In this document: piece after piece, positions 41,401 through 54,420 of the stretch
How the letters are laid out: the number at the start of each line of letters is the position of its first letter
Numbering within the stretch: position 1 is the stretch's first letter
Source of the DNA: Bigelowiella natans CCMP2755
Lineage: Eukaryota > Protista > Cercozoa
Assembly (NCBI GenBank): GCA_000320545.1
Contig: ADNK01001884.1
Coordinates: forward strand, 33,375-97,374
Reading direction: 5' to 3'
DNA: 64,000 bases
The notes under the pieces: generated by a model
What the model saw: only the letters and a program-made list of their open reading frames with translations
The model's database searches: none
Told to the model about the DNA's origin: nothing
Translations under genes and position numbers: made by a program

Positions 41401-44400
41401 ATGTCCCAAGTTGAACGTCTTGAGAAGGGATCCATACCTGTCCAGATAGAAGATCAGGAATTTGTAGAAATAACGTGTTAAATGCTGTAGTATTATTTTC
41501 TGTTTCGTACATACCACTGGTAGGTTCATCAAGGAAGACTACGCGGGGACCCTGAAATTTTAACATTATGATTATACAGAAGGCATATCTTGAATGCTAT
41601 GTACCCCAATCAGTGCCATTGCAACATTTAGTTTCCTTTTCATGCCCCCGGATAAATTCTGTGACAATGACTTAGAAAGCATCTAAATGAGTATCATGGA
41701 AACAACCTTTGATATGACATTCGTCTTTTCGGTGAGCCCAATATTTTGTATCAATTCAGAAGCCGCATCTTCACAAGATTCAACTCCTTGTTAAGGTAGA
41801 CATGTATGGTGAGGGTATCTTACAGAGAGCGGGGAAATGCTAATACCTTTAAGTCTTCCATACACATAGAGGTGTTCTTTAACGGTTAGGTAGTCCCATA
41901 ATATGTTATGTTGCGGGCACATTCCCTGCAGTAGATGTCCTCTTAGCAGACTTAGTTTAAACATAATTTATTTCTACAGACCAAATCTGCCCTAATATCT
42001 CGCATATCAGTAGATATGGATTGACCGAAAATCTGATCAATAATTTTCGATTGAATTTAATTTCAAACGAATGTATAAATTGAACCACACTAGAGCGTCG
42101 CCTTTCGTGGGCAAAATCATCCCTACATAATCATTGATTAAAAACATTCATGTAACGTTTATCCATCCTATCCATCACCTGTTAGCATGTTAATCAAGGT
42201 CGTTTTTCCAGCTCCGTTGTGTCTTTGCGATTAGAAAAATAATAATAAAGCGCATGAAGGAAACTTAAGGCGGAAAACAATTACCCTAGTAATGCAAATA
42301 TCTGGTTTGTAAACATATCCAGGTTTACATACTGCAAATAGAAACTTCAGAGCTATTGATGGATTAGGTTGAAAATTGAGAAATACCTTGACCGCAGCCT
42401 CCTCTTCTGCCTGGTTGTCGAAACGCTTGTATCTACCACAATTGCAGTAAAGATACTCAGAATATTATCTTCGAAAACATATGAGTTCTTCTTACAGATT
42501 CTCGATTGCAACACCAATTTCTTCATTTCCTCCTTATAAATGCAAATACGATAACTGTTATTATGAACTGAATATGTCTGAGACAATTGCAACATGATTA
42601 ACCTGGGACTTCATAGAACTCTCCAAATTCACGGCGCTTTGCATCTACAGGCTAAATATTCAATCGTCAATTTGTGAAGTAAGTATCTAACTGATCGAGA
42701 CCTTTCTTGCAGGACACCACCAAGACGGCAAGAAAACAAACCTACGTTGTAGGAAGGAGTAAAGAGTTATCCATAATTATGTAAATTTGATTTCCATGAA
42801 ATACATTTAATACCATGGAGGAAGATGGGATCCCCATTGCTGCGGAACCACCCTCTCGAAATACAGCTACAAAATCATAGAGAAACATAAATCTAAATAG
42901 AATACATGAATTTAATGTTATTATTACCGCCAAGATCATATAAAGAATAAAATCCACTATAAGCATGGTGTACCTAAAAAATTAGAAAGTTTGAACATTT
43001 CGATCTAAGAGGATAAAAACGTTGCTACGCGTCTGCCATTGAGAATTCGGAGGTAGGGGTATCAAAATTTTCAGCGGTAACCTTCATTATACAGAAATAT
43101 GTAAACTTCATATAAGCATTCAAGAGAGTAAATACCCCAATTGAGACACTCTCGAATTCAATGAGAGTCTGCGCGCCAAACCTGATTGATTACACCCACA
43201 CCCATATGAGTAACAACTTCTTCGTAAGTGAAATACGAAAATTTACCCGAAACATATTGGAGCCGACAGACACGCCGCGAGTTTTGTCGAGTTGCTGTAT
43301 CACAACTTGAATTATTTCAAAATTATGAATATATGTTTTGCCAACCTTGCTGTATTTTGTGGGATTCCAAAAAATCCAAAAAAAGCCCCAAGAAATACAA
43401 GTGCGCCGAGGGTGGATCTGAAAATACATATTTTTCTCGAGGAAACTTTCGAGTGAGGAATATACTCACCCCACGCTTGCTTTGCTGAAAATTGTTGATA
43501 CTAGCCAGCAGAATGCAATGATAACTTCACCTTATCGACACACAATCCCATTTCTTTCTATTTATTCACTAGGAGAGACAAAGCCTACCGTAAAGGAAAA
43601 AAAAGAAAAACACTATCCCTGGAGCAGAGAATTCGAATACACTTCTTGAAATCAAGACAATAAGCAGCGAGTAAACCTATTCCATTGTTCCATTGTTAAG
43701 AGTATATTAAAAATAATACATAATTGGTCTTGTTTGAAAATGAATAGTTTACAATGGTGACGATTGAGTAGCACGTAAACCAAGACGTAAAATGAGCAGA
43801 AGAATACAATCCCACTATTTTCATTCCCTGTGAAGTAATTAAAATTTGTATGACTTCGCAATAAGAAACTTAGATGAAACCTCTTTGATTCTCAGCTCTT
43901 TCTCTTCCACAAATGCCTAGCGAACACATTATATGTGATTGCCTATTGAAGTGTCATGCATTTAGCTGTACCTTGATCATACGTGTCACTGGCCAAATAA
44001 AGCCAAGAGCAAACAATAAAGGAAGTATGTCGGACTATCCAAATTTGAACTTATTTTCATTTTCTTCATAACTAAATTGCACTATTCAACCATTATGTCT
44101 GCAAAATCGTCCTCCGTGTGCTCCGGTGTTGGAAAGGGGATAAACTTTACAATCATTTTCTTAGGCGTTTGATATGAGCAGTCAAAAAAAAATTACGCAC
44201 ATCAACTTGAGTTTGATTTACAGTTGTAGAAGTAGAACCGCTTGCCCGTCTTTGAAATACCAAAAAAGTATAAGACACATTTGTTCAGCTTAAAATTTTT
44301 TTGAAAAGGTGTCTCATGTTAAGTCATACAGAATCGCCCAGTTCTCGATGTAATCTTGCAGGGCAATGAAACCCTAATACAATGCCAGAAAAACGCTTAC

Positions 44401-46460
44401 AGCTCCATTAAAACGAAGAAACCAGATAGCTACCGATGAGTACATTCGAGAAACAAATTCCTGGTTGAACTCTACACTGAGGTCATCACGTTTCTGGACA
44501 GATAAATCTTCTTATTAAATGTGAGCATTTGGAGTAGACTTGGAAATATCATTACATTGAAAACCTATACCTCATCAAAAACTGTTTGGGGAATCTGGGC
44601 TCTAAATCCATCCGTGAACCCACCCTGAGCATAGTTGCAGAATTCCTTATGGTGCATCATAAAGGAAGATTTGCTGTATATCATACCGTCTGGTTCATTC
44701 GGATTGTATAAGTTAATCCAGATCTCACGTCTGCGGAGCTCGAGAATCCAATACCAGCTTCAAGGAAACCACTGATTGAATTAAGAAGTATCATTAGATA
44801 TTGCTAAATCCCTAACTTGTAGGTTCTCACTCTTCAGGATAGCTGTCTTCACGAGCATACGAATCCATATCAGAGAGACTATCAAATCCTGAATTTTAAG
44901 ATTAAGATACAATTGATTATTTACAGCTACCCTAGGGATTGTTTCACTCACCCCGAAGATATTCCCCCCCAGATGGTCTAACTTCCTCTGTTACGACAGT
45001 AGCATCAGGCAAGTTAGTGTTCTAATTGTAAATCATTCGAACTGATTGATTTGTACGTATTCCTAGAAGGTTGATCTGTGCAATTTGTTCGTTGATGAGT
45101 TGGTCCAACACCGACGAAAATGATTGGGGATCACTAAATATTGTAGACGCCAAGATTACGAACGTCGGTCGGATCATTGTTGAACGGTTACTCTCACGAT
45201 GAGTCGAAAAAGGGGGCACGGTTTGGAGATATCTAATAAAATATGAGTGTTAGTATTAATCATTTTCAGCTCTAATGTCTCCTAGGTGTTGCATAGTGAC
45301 AGCTAAAATCAATGCTCATGTATTGACTAATGTAGATATACCGCAATGATATGGCCTCTTCTTATGATTTTCGTTGCCATCTGTTCCATATCTATGACAT
45401 CAACCTACAAATGTTCCGAGAAATGGGCATTCATTCAAAAATGATATGCAAGGAGTACAATTATTTATACAATATTGTCCGGATCGATCAATGGGCTGAG
45501 ATAGGGGTTTGTGAAATTTGCGTTAAGACTGAGGACCTACACCACATTATAGTTCAATTTACATAAATTTCGGCCAAAATTGCACAGAAAAACAATGACA
45601 TTGTTCTGAACACTGTCAGAAGTGGGAATCATTGATCCATTGTTGAAGTTCCCATAGTAGTGAGTTGGATCCTAAGAAATCAATCAGGATTCACTCGGAT
45701 CATAAGCGTTAATTGCCATTTTGCCATATATTTACTCTTGGAGTCCTCTCTATAGCGCCCCTCACAGCAATAATGCACGCCATGACAAGAACAGGAATGG
45801 CGATCTGTGACGCAACAACAAGACAATAATGAAGATTATGCTATCATTCAGCCGTAAGATTAGACCTCGAAGAATGTTGTAATAAAATTCCTTCGCTTCA
45901 CATGCCAATTCTTCACCATCAGGGCCCACCACTTCAAAAATAAACATCATTAAATCTAATTTCAATTTCATCCAAATGTGCTCGCCTACCTGCTGCCAGT
46001 ATCGTGGAGTGCAATAGGTACATGCATCAGCGAAAGCTGTCAAAAAAACACCCGAAATTATGATCTACTAATCTCGGAAAACCGAAAAAAACATAGGGTC
46101 CATCATATCACAAGGTTCGCTTCTCTGAACATCGCTTTTGGCCTTAGCCTCCATGATTGTATCTCGACTCCTAGGCGATCGATGAGATGTGCCTCCTTCC
46201 TTCGTTCTTTGTGATCTTGGGTTCCGTGGAGAAATGGATCATTGAATGTGATGGTTCTGGGAGAGCGACATGACGAAGGACTTGTCGCAGTCACTGCGAC
46301 CGAATCAACACCGATGGGCACTAAGTTGAAGACTGATGCAATCAGCAAAAAGCACACGAAGATTTTGGAAACCAAACTCTTCACAGATCGGAAATTGAGG
46401 AAGAGCACAACTAGACGAGCGACAAAGAGTCCGGTGCATTCTGCCAGTGGCACCATTGGA
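35412..46460 (-). CDS. Full-size ABCA-subfamily transporter split into many tiny exons by introns of roughly 55-70 nt
   Basis: Two NBDs: [13 protein letters not shown] / [17 protein letters not shown] / LSGGMKRKL / FLDEPTSG / ILTTHFMDE, and [13 protein letters not shown] / [10 protein letters not shown] / YSGGNKRKLS / [18 protein letters not shown] motifs VEEKELRIK and KRWLSSKRN are present. The 5' end is uncertain; a first TM-like exon lies at about 46100-46460. Confidence 0.9.
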
Positions 46461-47390
46461 ATCACTTCACTTGTTCGTGCAATCCTTTGATGACATTGCA
46501 GGGAGTCATTCTTTTGCGAGACTGTTTTCAGCCTCTTCTGCAACCAACGTCCTTTGTCAATGTTCAAGGAACACTGCTAGACTGGCTGTCAACTTTCCCG
46601 GGAGGTTGGGAGTTGCTTCAAACTTGTTTTTCTCTGAACAGTGGTGGACGTCGTGCGTTTGCACGGGGTGCTCTGCGATGAGTCCTCGCAACAATTTTTG
46701 TCGGTGGGCGCAGCCACAACACGTGCACTTTCAGTGTGGCAGCCGTCTAGGTTTGCCTGCGGTTTTTGCAACGTGCAATGCAGAGTTCAATGTGCAACGT
46801 TCAATGTCCAGGTTGTCTCTCAGTGCGCATTGCACGACCATGAAGTGCAAGTTGTGATGTGCGTGTGTCGTCGTGTGTCGCGTCCGCGCGTGTGTGTGCA
46901 TGTGTGTGCAGAGAGCGAGAGAGGGTGGGATTTTCAATCTTCACTCTGCAAACAAATGATTCTTGCACGTGCCAGCGTGCTTGCCTTGGCGAGAGTGGGC
47001 AGAGCGAACGTGCGTGAGTCTGCGATGCAAGCATGGAGGCCACTGGTGCAGCAACATTGCTGATCAGAGGCTGTGCATGTCAAACTGACGCGCCCAATGG
47101 ATGAACTGTGGCCTTGTGCGTGCAGGATGCATGGCCATGAGAGATGGATGCCCGCCAACGTGTGCATTTAGCAGTCATCAAAAAGACTCAATCGACAGTG
47201 GGCGCACGTGCTTCTTCACGGTGACTCTGTGACGTGCGATGCAGACGCAGTTGCATCACTACCCGCACAGCCAGTGGTGACCATTCATGAAGCAACTAAC
47301 GGAATCTGGCTGGCACAGGAATGCCCCACTGTTCCATCTGGTGAAAGTTTTAACAAATCAGCAAAGAAGTGTTGATGAAGCATCAACAAC
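46180..47390. other. TpA-depleted, CTAG-retaining tract overlapping the probable first ABCA exon
   Basis: 46330-47165 contains 3 TA by hand count, all in CTAG. Confidence 0.9.
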
Positions 47391-47459
47391 AACACATTTA
47401 GAGTTTGAACGTCATTGAAAATAATGATAGCCATAGCAATACAGTTCGTAAGAAGATAG

Positions 47460-49391
47460 ATGTCTTCCCATTCTCACAAATAAACGTACTGGACTGGCTG
47501 CTACCTTAAGTTTTGCGTGACCTCCGTAAATTGCTATGTGTTTCCTGTGATAATGATTAGCAAAAGCGGTACATCCTTAGCGGCAGAAATAATCTGATTC
47601 ATGAAAGCATGCTCTGCTGGAATGATGACACAGTGAGATTCAACACTACAATTAAACAGACCCCCTCCGTTCGTTGTCAGCACCATCATCGTTACATGTT
47701 CATCTCCATCATAATGCTCCTTGATACCTCTCATCTTGCGAGAGTTCGTCGTCATGAGTCGAAATTTGAGGATGTATGGGATCGAATCCTCCATCATCAT
47801 TATTTTTATTATCACCCTTCACGAGATATTCTCTTACCTGCTCATCACATGCTTTCCATCGATGAACAGCATTTTTTACTTACTTGCAACGATATCGGCA
47901 TATAATTATGATGCGGTTCGCTCTAACTGGCTGTATTCTTCCATGTATCATGAAAATGTATTGTTTTGTGAACTGTGGCGTGCTTCTTCTACCTCGCAAT
48001 TCTGGAATGAAATTCCAAGATTCGCCAGAAAAATATTATGATGTGCGACGACGATGACGTCCTTTTCAGGCCTTTCCAACATCCACTAAAAACAGGGTAT
48101 ATCATCACAAACAACCCCATTTCGGTTGCGTGCGGAATCAGAAGACTGCTACCTTTTTAAATCTATTAAATCTCTTCGTTAGAAGTGGCCCTTGATCCCT
48201 GTAATCGTCTTTCTTTTCATGCCAATCTAACGTAAAAGGCAGCATTCAAGAAAAACAAACCATATCATATCATAGCTCTGTTTTACTTAAATTTTTTTAA
48301 TAGTGTGTGCAAAATGTATCCCTCGTTGCATTTGTAGTTACTAAACACATCACTCTTGCAAACATCTTCAATTCAACCAACCTTCTTGAATATAAGAAAA
48401 ATCGATGAAGTCGTGCTTCTTAAATTCTTCCTTGACTTCACTGAGAGGCCTCCCACAATCGCAATTTATTTCTCCGGTTTCTTGGATGTCGGCATTACAT
48501 ACCTTGATAATTACGAAAATAGTGCAGATGATCGATTAGTAAAATGTAATTGAGACTTAGATTGTCTCTAGGGATCTTCAGAGTCGTGAGCGTTGTATGA
48601 AGAAGATGTTTGCAAGAGTGATATGTTTAGTAACTACAAATGCAAGCGGTCCTTTGTTGCCCAAGCTTAAGTGTCCGTCAAAAGCTGTCAACGCTATTGG
48701 AAACAATAAGTAATAAGATGTTGTAGCAGTTCTATCCAGCCGTTACGTAACCAACCTGTCTGCAAGGTCCTCCTTAATGGCGACACGATCAGCAAGGTCT
48801 TCTCGTTCTTCGATTCATTTTCTTTAATGATTTCGTTCAGAATTTTATGTTCTTGAATTGATGAAGCTTGATCAAATCCAAGCGGGGTAAGCCCAGGGTC
48901 CCGTATCTGCCAGATAGTGATGATATTGATAAGGAGGTTAAATTATTTCTCTCGGTGATCGTGGTGGTGGTAGTAATGGTAGGAACGGTACGGACACATA
49001 CATTCTACTTATGCTGCTGCAGGGCTTCACCATTTCGGTGCGTTTACATTCAAGAATTATTTAGAATACCTTTCTGCCCTCTTCTTTTCTTCCAGCTTCG
49101 AAAAAGACGTTATGTTCCGCCTAGATTGGTTGGTTGTCACAACAACTTGCTATATGGCATCATCATCATAATCATCATCATCATCATTATCGTCATCTTC
49201 CTCGTCTGTTTTCGACTAACCTGCCCATGCCGAATGAAGAAGACCCGCTTGGCATTAATTCTGTTGCTGCTACTGGTCGCAACTGCTCGTAGCTAGTAAT
49301 AGTAACAAGAGGCCTCATTCGTAATCAGTTTGAAGGAAAGAAAGTTGTTTACTGATGAGGATCGAAGAAGGCCTGCACAAGAAGCTCCCAT
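47460..49391 (-). CDS. Histidine phosphatase (phosphoglycerate-mutase-like) family protein, possible N-acylation (MGASC)
   Basis: Exons RVFFIRHGQ|AEHN, DPGLTPLGFDQA, IVSPLRRTLQT, DIQETGEINCDCG and VIVVAHHNIF. The 3' end is approximate. Confidence 0.82.
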
Positions 49392-49460
49392 TAAAGCTAA
49401 CCAAGAATTTTCCAATGAAAATTTATCGTGATGAGTAAAATCCAGTTTTTAGAAACCCGT

Positions 49461-50234
49461 TTATAAATACAAAAACTCTCTCAAGGACCAAGTATCGGTG
49501 CAGCTGCAGCCACAAGCTTGAAGTTCAATTTGACTTTGCCGCAAAACTTTCTCCTGCGCAGCTGTCGGGTCTGATGCAGATTCAATTGGCACATTTTTGA
49601 CATTTATTTGACAACTGCAAGAACGATCGGAACTCTCTGTAAGTAGATCTATTATGAACATTCACTACCCACCTCCCAAGCCTCCTGTACCATCTAAACA
49701 CGTCGTCTGCCGAGCAAGATCGCGGAATCCAACGGAATCCAGCAAGTCGAATCTCACATCATCTCCAAGAAATCTCTCATGTCCATATAAATCTCCCGAC
49801 GCTGGATCCATAACGCAAAGCACAAGAGTAAAAGACCCGTACCCTTACAACCAAAAACCATTGGATTAGGACAAAATGAATGTCGTCATGTGGGATTATC
49901 ATCCATTTGGTATTCTTGTTACATGTACCTCCACAGGCGAAAAAGAATTCAGAAGCATTTTTGCATTTGTCGTCCTGTATGCCATGTCTCTTGATAAGAA
50001 TGACATGAATTTATTATGTAAGAAAAGTGTAGGGCTCTCGCTGCCACTCGTTCGGCACGTAACTTCACCCAAACCATCCACTGGTTCGTTTTTCATCGGA
50101 TGTTTGACTAAGAATTGTAATTTTAGTGTGAAGTTGTGCATGAGACGTGTTGCTGAAATCACAGTTGCATGCTGATTAACTTTGGATATTATTAGGGTAA
50201 AAATCGCCCTAAGGTTGTTGAATCTGCAGCGCAT
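49461..50234 (-). CDS. Hypothetical spliced protein (or 5' extension of the adjacent phosphatase gene)
   Basis: Plausible exons with GT-AG boundaries but no recognisable motif. It ends only 70 nt before the next ATG. Confidence 0.35.
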
Positions 50235-50457
50235 TCGGCCGATCTGCCACGTCCCGTCACAAATCGACGACTCGACAAGTGGCGATTGAGGTGGTAACTA
50301 GTTTGATTGGACGCGCCGCGGAGCAGTTGAGAGGGCAGTGTGTCTGAACCAAAAGCACATTGTCGTGTTTGTTTGAAGATGAGCGAGATTATGCCGTCTG
50401 CATCCCCTCACCTCGTCAAAAATCAGCTCATCCTAGTTATTTTCTTCCCTCACCAGA

Positions 50458-51411
50458 TGGAAACCAGTTTGCTCCCCCCTTCCCAACGGCCTTCCTCAAG
50501 CCCTTTGAGGAGGCGCCAGCTTGCCATGGTGGCATGCATTGTTGGTGCACTGTGCGTGGTCGCCATCTCATCCTGGTAGTGTTTCGATCTCGCAATCTTC
50601 CTCAACGGGGTTGCATGTTTAATTAATTCAGATATGAAAATTATGAAGTTTACGTGATCGATAGTGTAATAAATGCTGCCGTCCTGCCAGGTCTCCCTCA
50701 AACAGTCTCGGACTTGCCCCTGTCCTTTCTAGAACGACTCTGCAAATTAGACCAAGTAATTTCCTTCTCCAACACGTGTTTCGCGTGCTCGCTCAATAGT
50801 GCAATCCATGCAAACACGGAGTAGAATACTGGGAGATATTTACTCATGCGAAATTCATGTTATTAAAAATAGAAATCTAAACCAAATAATGCACATCCAC
50901 TTTTGAAATGATGATTCTGAAGAGAATAAATACGCAGGTACCGCTGGACGCAACACCCGCGTTTCTGCACGCGCGAATTCGCATTGGATGGAGAAACTTG
51001 GAGCTGGTGCTGCAGCCTTTGGACTTGCTGGCGCAATGTCAATGGGAACGCCAATGCCAGCCGTCGCTTCTGAGTAATATGCGTTAGAGGAAGAGAAGAT
51101 ATTGACAAAAATAACACACGTGAAAACATTGTCTATCCTGGTACGTTCTGTTGATCATCATCGTCGTCATCATCATCACCATTATTTAGAGGTAAGATTG
51201 TTATTTTGCGGGTCTTCGCCATTGACCACTTAGATACGACGTGCTGGACGCCAGCGGGCCAACCACAGGGTACATTATGGACGATGCTCCTTGCCTCCAA
51301 AAAGGTGAACACGCGTGTGTTCGTGCGTTGTATATGCTGCACGTGTCGTGTTACAACAAAAAAATTTCTAGGTATTAGCCGACAAAATCAATCTGGGCAT
51401 TCGCCATCATC

Positions 51412-51451
<40 letters not shown>

Positions 51452-51946
51452 ACCGCCATTGTGTGAACTGCTGCTGCTGCCTTCAGGTTCAGAGAAGAAA
51501 ATGAACGATATTCTGTCTTACTTGGACGTTGGCAAGGGGTACAAGCTTGATGTGGTTACCGTGCGAAAACTCGAAGAATCTCCGGATGCAGACACGGTGG
51601 GTGCAAACAAATGAACACGACACTAAACACATCGAGAAGCATAATCTAATAATGGGAGAAGGGCGGGGGGGGAGGGGGGGGCTCCAGTGCCTCTCGCCTT
51701 CACTGACATGTGATTTGTTGCTCTGTACTCTCCGTCTTCTTCTTCTCGCTGCTTATTTCTCATACTCCCCGCTGTGCGTTGCCTTTTCTTATTCTTAATT
51801 TGCTACAGCTGGCTAGCAAGATGCTCGATAAGTGGAGCAACAAGGACAAGTCAAATAGCGCAGTTCTCGTCTTGGTATCATAATATATCGATGATGATGT
51901 GGCGCATGACATGAACATATGTGATGTGATCCGTGTGCGCGTGTGT

Positions 51947-51986
<40 letters not shown>

Positions 51987-52267
51987 CCTGCAAGATCTGT
52001 AGCATCCATCAAATAGTCTTTGACATTTCGCTACCACTACCATTAGCAGGGGGGATTTAACGATATTAAATGCTACATTCACATATATAATAGGTGGTGA
52101 AGAATAGTGAAGTGGGTCTTGCAGCTGGAGACAATTTCGTCAAGGCACTAGGAGAGGTACTCTCACAGCTGCTCTCCCTGGAAGAAGAGAACTTGTCGGA
52201 AGCCAATTACTGTGTGATGAGCATAAAACGTGTCTTGCGTTTGTGCTGCGCTGGGGATGTGTGCTGA

Positions 52268-52313
<46 letters not shown>

Positions 52314-52524
52314 TATATCAATATGTTGGTGATTATAACAGGACAAAGCAGCATCGATTGCTCAGGAGACTGTAGGATATTTTGCCAACCAGGGCCGTCC
52401 TAACCAAGGAGTGTCTGAGGGGGTCAAGCGGATCAACGGTAAGGAGTACTGATAATAGTAGTAGTAGTGGTGGTAGTAAGTGTTTTTAAGCTTTTGACAA
52501 CAGCACCCAGATTGAATTCACTAC

Positions 52525-52559
<35 letters not shown>

Positions 52560-52947
52560 ATGATGGTGATGATGATGATGGTGTATATAATCGCAATCAT
52601 TGACAAAGTCGAGGATCCTTCTCAGCGATTGGAGTCACACACAAACACACATACACGTTTACACCTGCATATTTATGAAAACGTACAGCTATTTTGACCG
52701 GGGAGACCGATCCTGGAGCTCCTGAAATCAAGTAGTGTGCCATCATCCCATCGCATAGTTTAACCATAATCATCAGCATCATCATCACTATTATCATTCA
52801 TTATCACCATCACCATCACCATCACCATCACCACCACCGTTCAATATCATGATTATTACATATAATGTCCATAGGGAATACAGAAAAGAACGTACCTACA
52901 AGACCAAAGAAGAAACTGATGTGGCAAGAGGGGTATATCTCTCTCCT

Positions 52948-52998
<51 letters not shown>

Positions 52999-53197
52999 CT
53001 TGTGAAGAATATTTAAGAGTGATATTAGATGATAAATCACGATGATAAAGACATTCAGCATCTCTCATAGACGACGGATCAGTGTTTGCCCGATCATCCG
53101 TTCTAATTGCGACTCTTCATGCTCAGGCGTCTTATCAAGTTGTCGGTGCTTTGCTTCTCATTGCTTTCGTCGTACCTATGCTTCAGTAAGTACCATT

Positions 53198-53242
<45 letters not shown>

Positions 53243-53374
53243 TTACTAGTCCTAACCATGCTCAATATAAGATATACTTGATGAGCAAATGTCGAGAGTA
53301 CTTCGTAATGCCTCTTCTCACGCGAATTTTTGTCATTAATAATTAGATACGCCGGATATGTGCAGAAGGATTAA
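50458..53374 (+). CDS. psb32: Thylakoid lumen TPM-domain protein TLP18.3/Psb32
   Basis: Signal peptide (LAMVACIVGALCVVAIS), transit peptide and lumen signal ending PAVA-SE. Mature exons YDVLDASGPTTGYIMDDA, LDVVTVRKLE, AILTGETDPGAPEIK, VVGALLLIAFVVPMLQ|YAGYVQKD match TLP18.3. Confidence 0.88.
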
Positions 53375-54193
53375 AGGAACTCGTAGTTCAGTGTTGAAAG
53401 GTCCCGCACTTACGTGAAGAATAAGCGGTGGTAAAGTTACTACATGCCCCGCTGAGTTGCATATATGCTGATTGCTCACCTCGTTTCAGTTTTAACAAAT
53501 TGGAGCATATAAACACCGCAGTGCGAATGCATGCGTACGTGCAAGACGCTTGCCTGTTTGTGCCAGCATTTGCGCCGCATTGTGCATCACAATGTATACC
53601 AACCGCAGGCATCATTACAAGCCAAGGCATAGCCGGCGAATAATAGACACACCCTGTTTGTCGCACAAACAAACAGCAATAACGCGCATGCTACGCTAGC
53701 ATGTGCCACATTCAATGTCATTCAAAATGTGCTATAGCTACCTAGAATCGCGACGGGCAAAACGTGGCAGCAGGCGGTGACAACAATATGCGAGTCAGAA
53801 TGAGCTGTATGAGCACACAGTGTCGTACACGACAGCTATACTTCGATCCCCTGGATTACGCACAGCTAGACAGCTTACTAGCACGGACGTGTACTATAAT
53901 TGCTGGTGATGGCATGTCTACTTACAAGCAGTGGATAGTAGCCTACTAGCTAGCTAGCTAGCTAGGTGCGTACGTGCCCATGTATGTCTGTACCAATAAT
54001 GCAACGAATCATGCTAGCATGCACATCTAGCATAGACAATCACATGTCTACTAGTCTACTAGGCTATCTAGCTAGGCTACAGAATAAACATGCTATTTGC
54101 TGTATTATACATATACAGTACAAAACATGACAGTATATTGACAAAAGATTTTGATAGTCATTCACGCCCTTCTATCTGATCCTTTTTTTATAT

Positions 54194-54376
54194 TTATTGC
54201 TGAATACGCCTGCCTACACGATATTGTCTCCATAATCCCATCACAGCTCCAACGGCTATTGCATCAACTGTCAACTCGGAATACTTTGATACCGCAAGCA
54301 TATCCAAGCCTCTGATTTTATTAAATGTGTAGTATTCGTGACATCTATGAAATATTGCACTTCGCAGAGCGAAGCT

Positions 54377-54420
<44 letters not shown>

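Noticed and set aside
45022-46567. Separate gene upstream of the ABC transporter
   Set aside because: Same strand, same intron style and no clear intervening stop/start. It is more simply the first TM and ectodomain exons of ABCA, though not proven.
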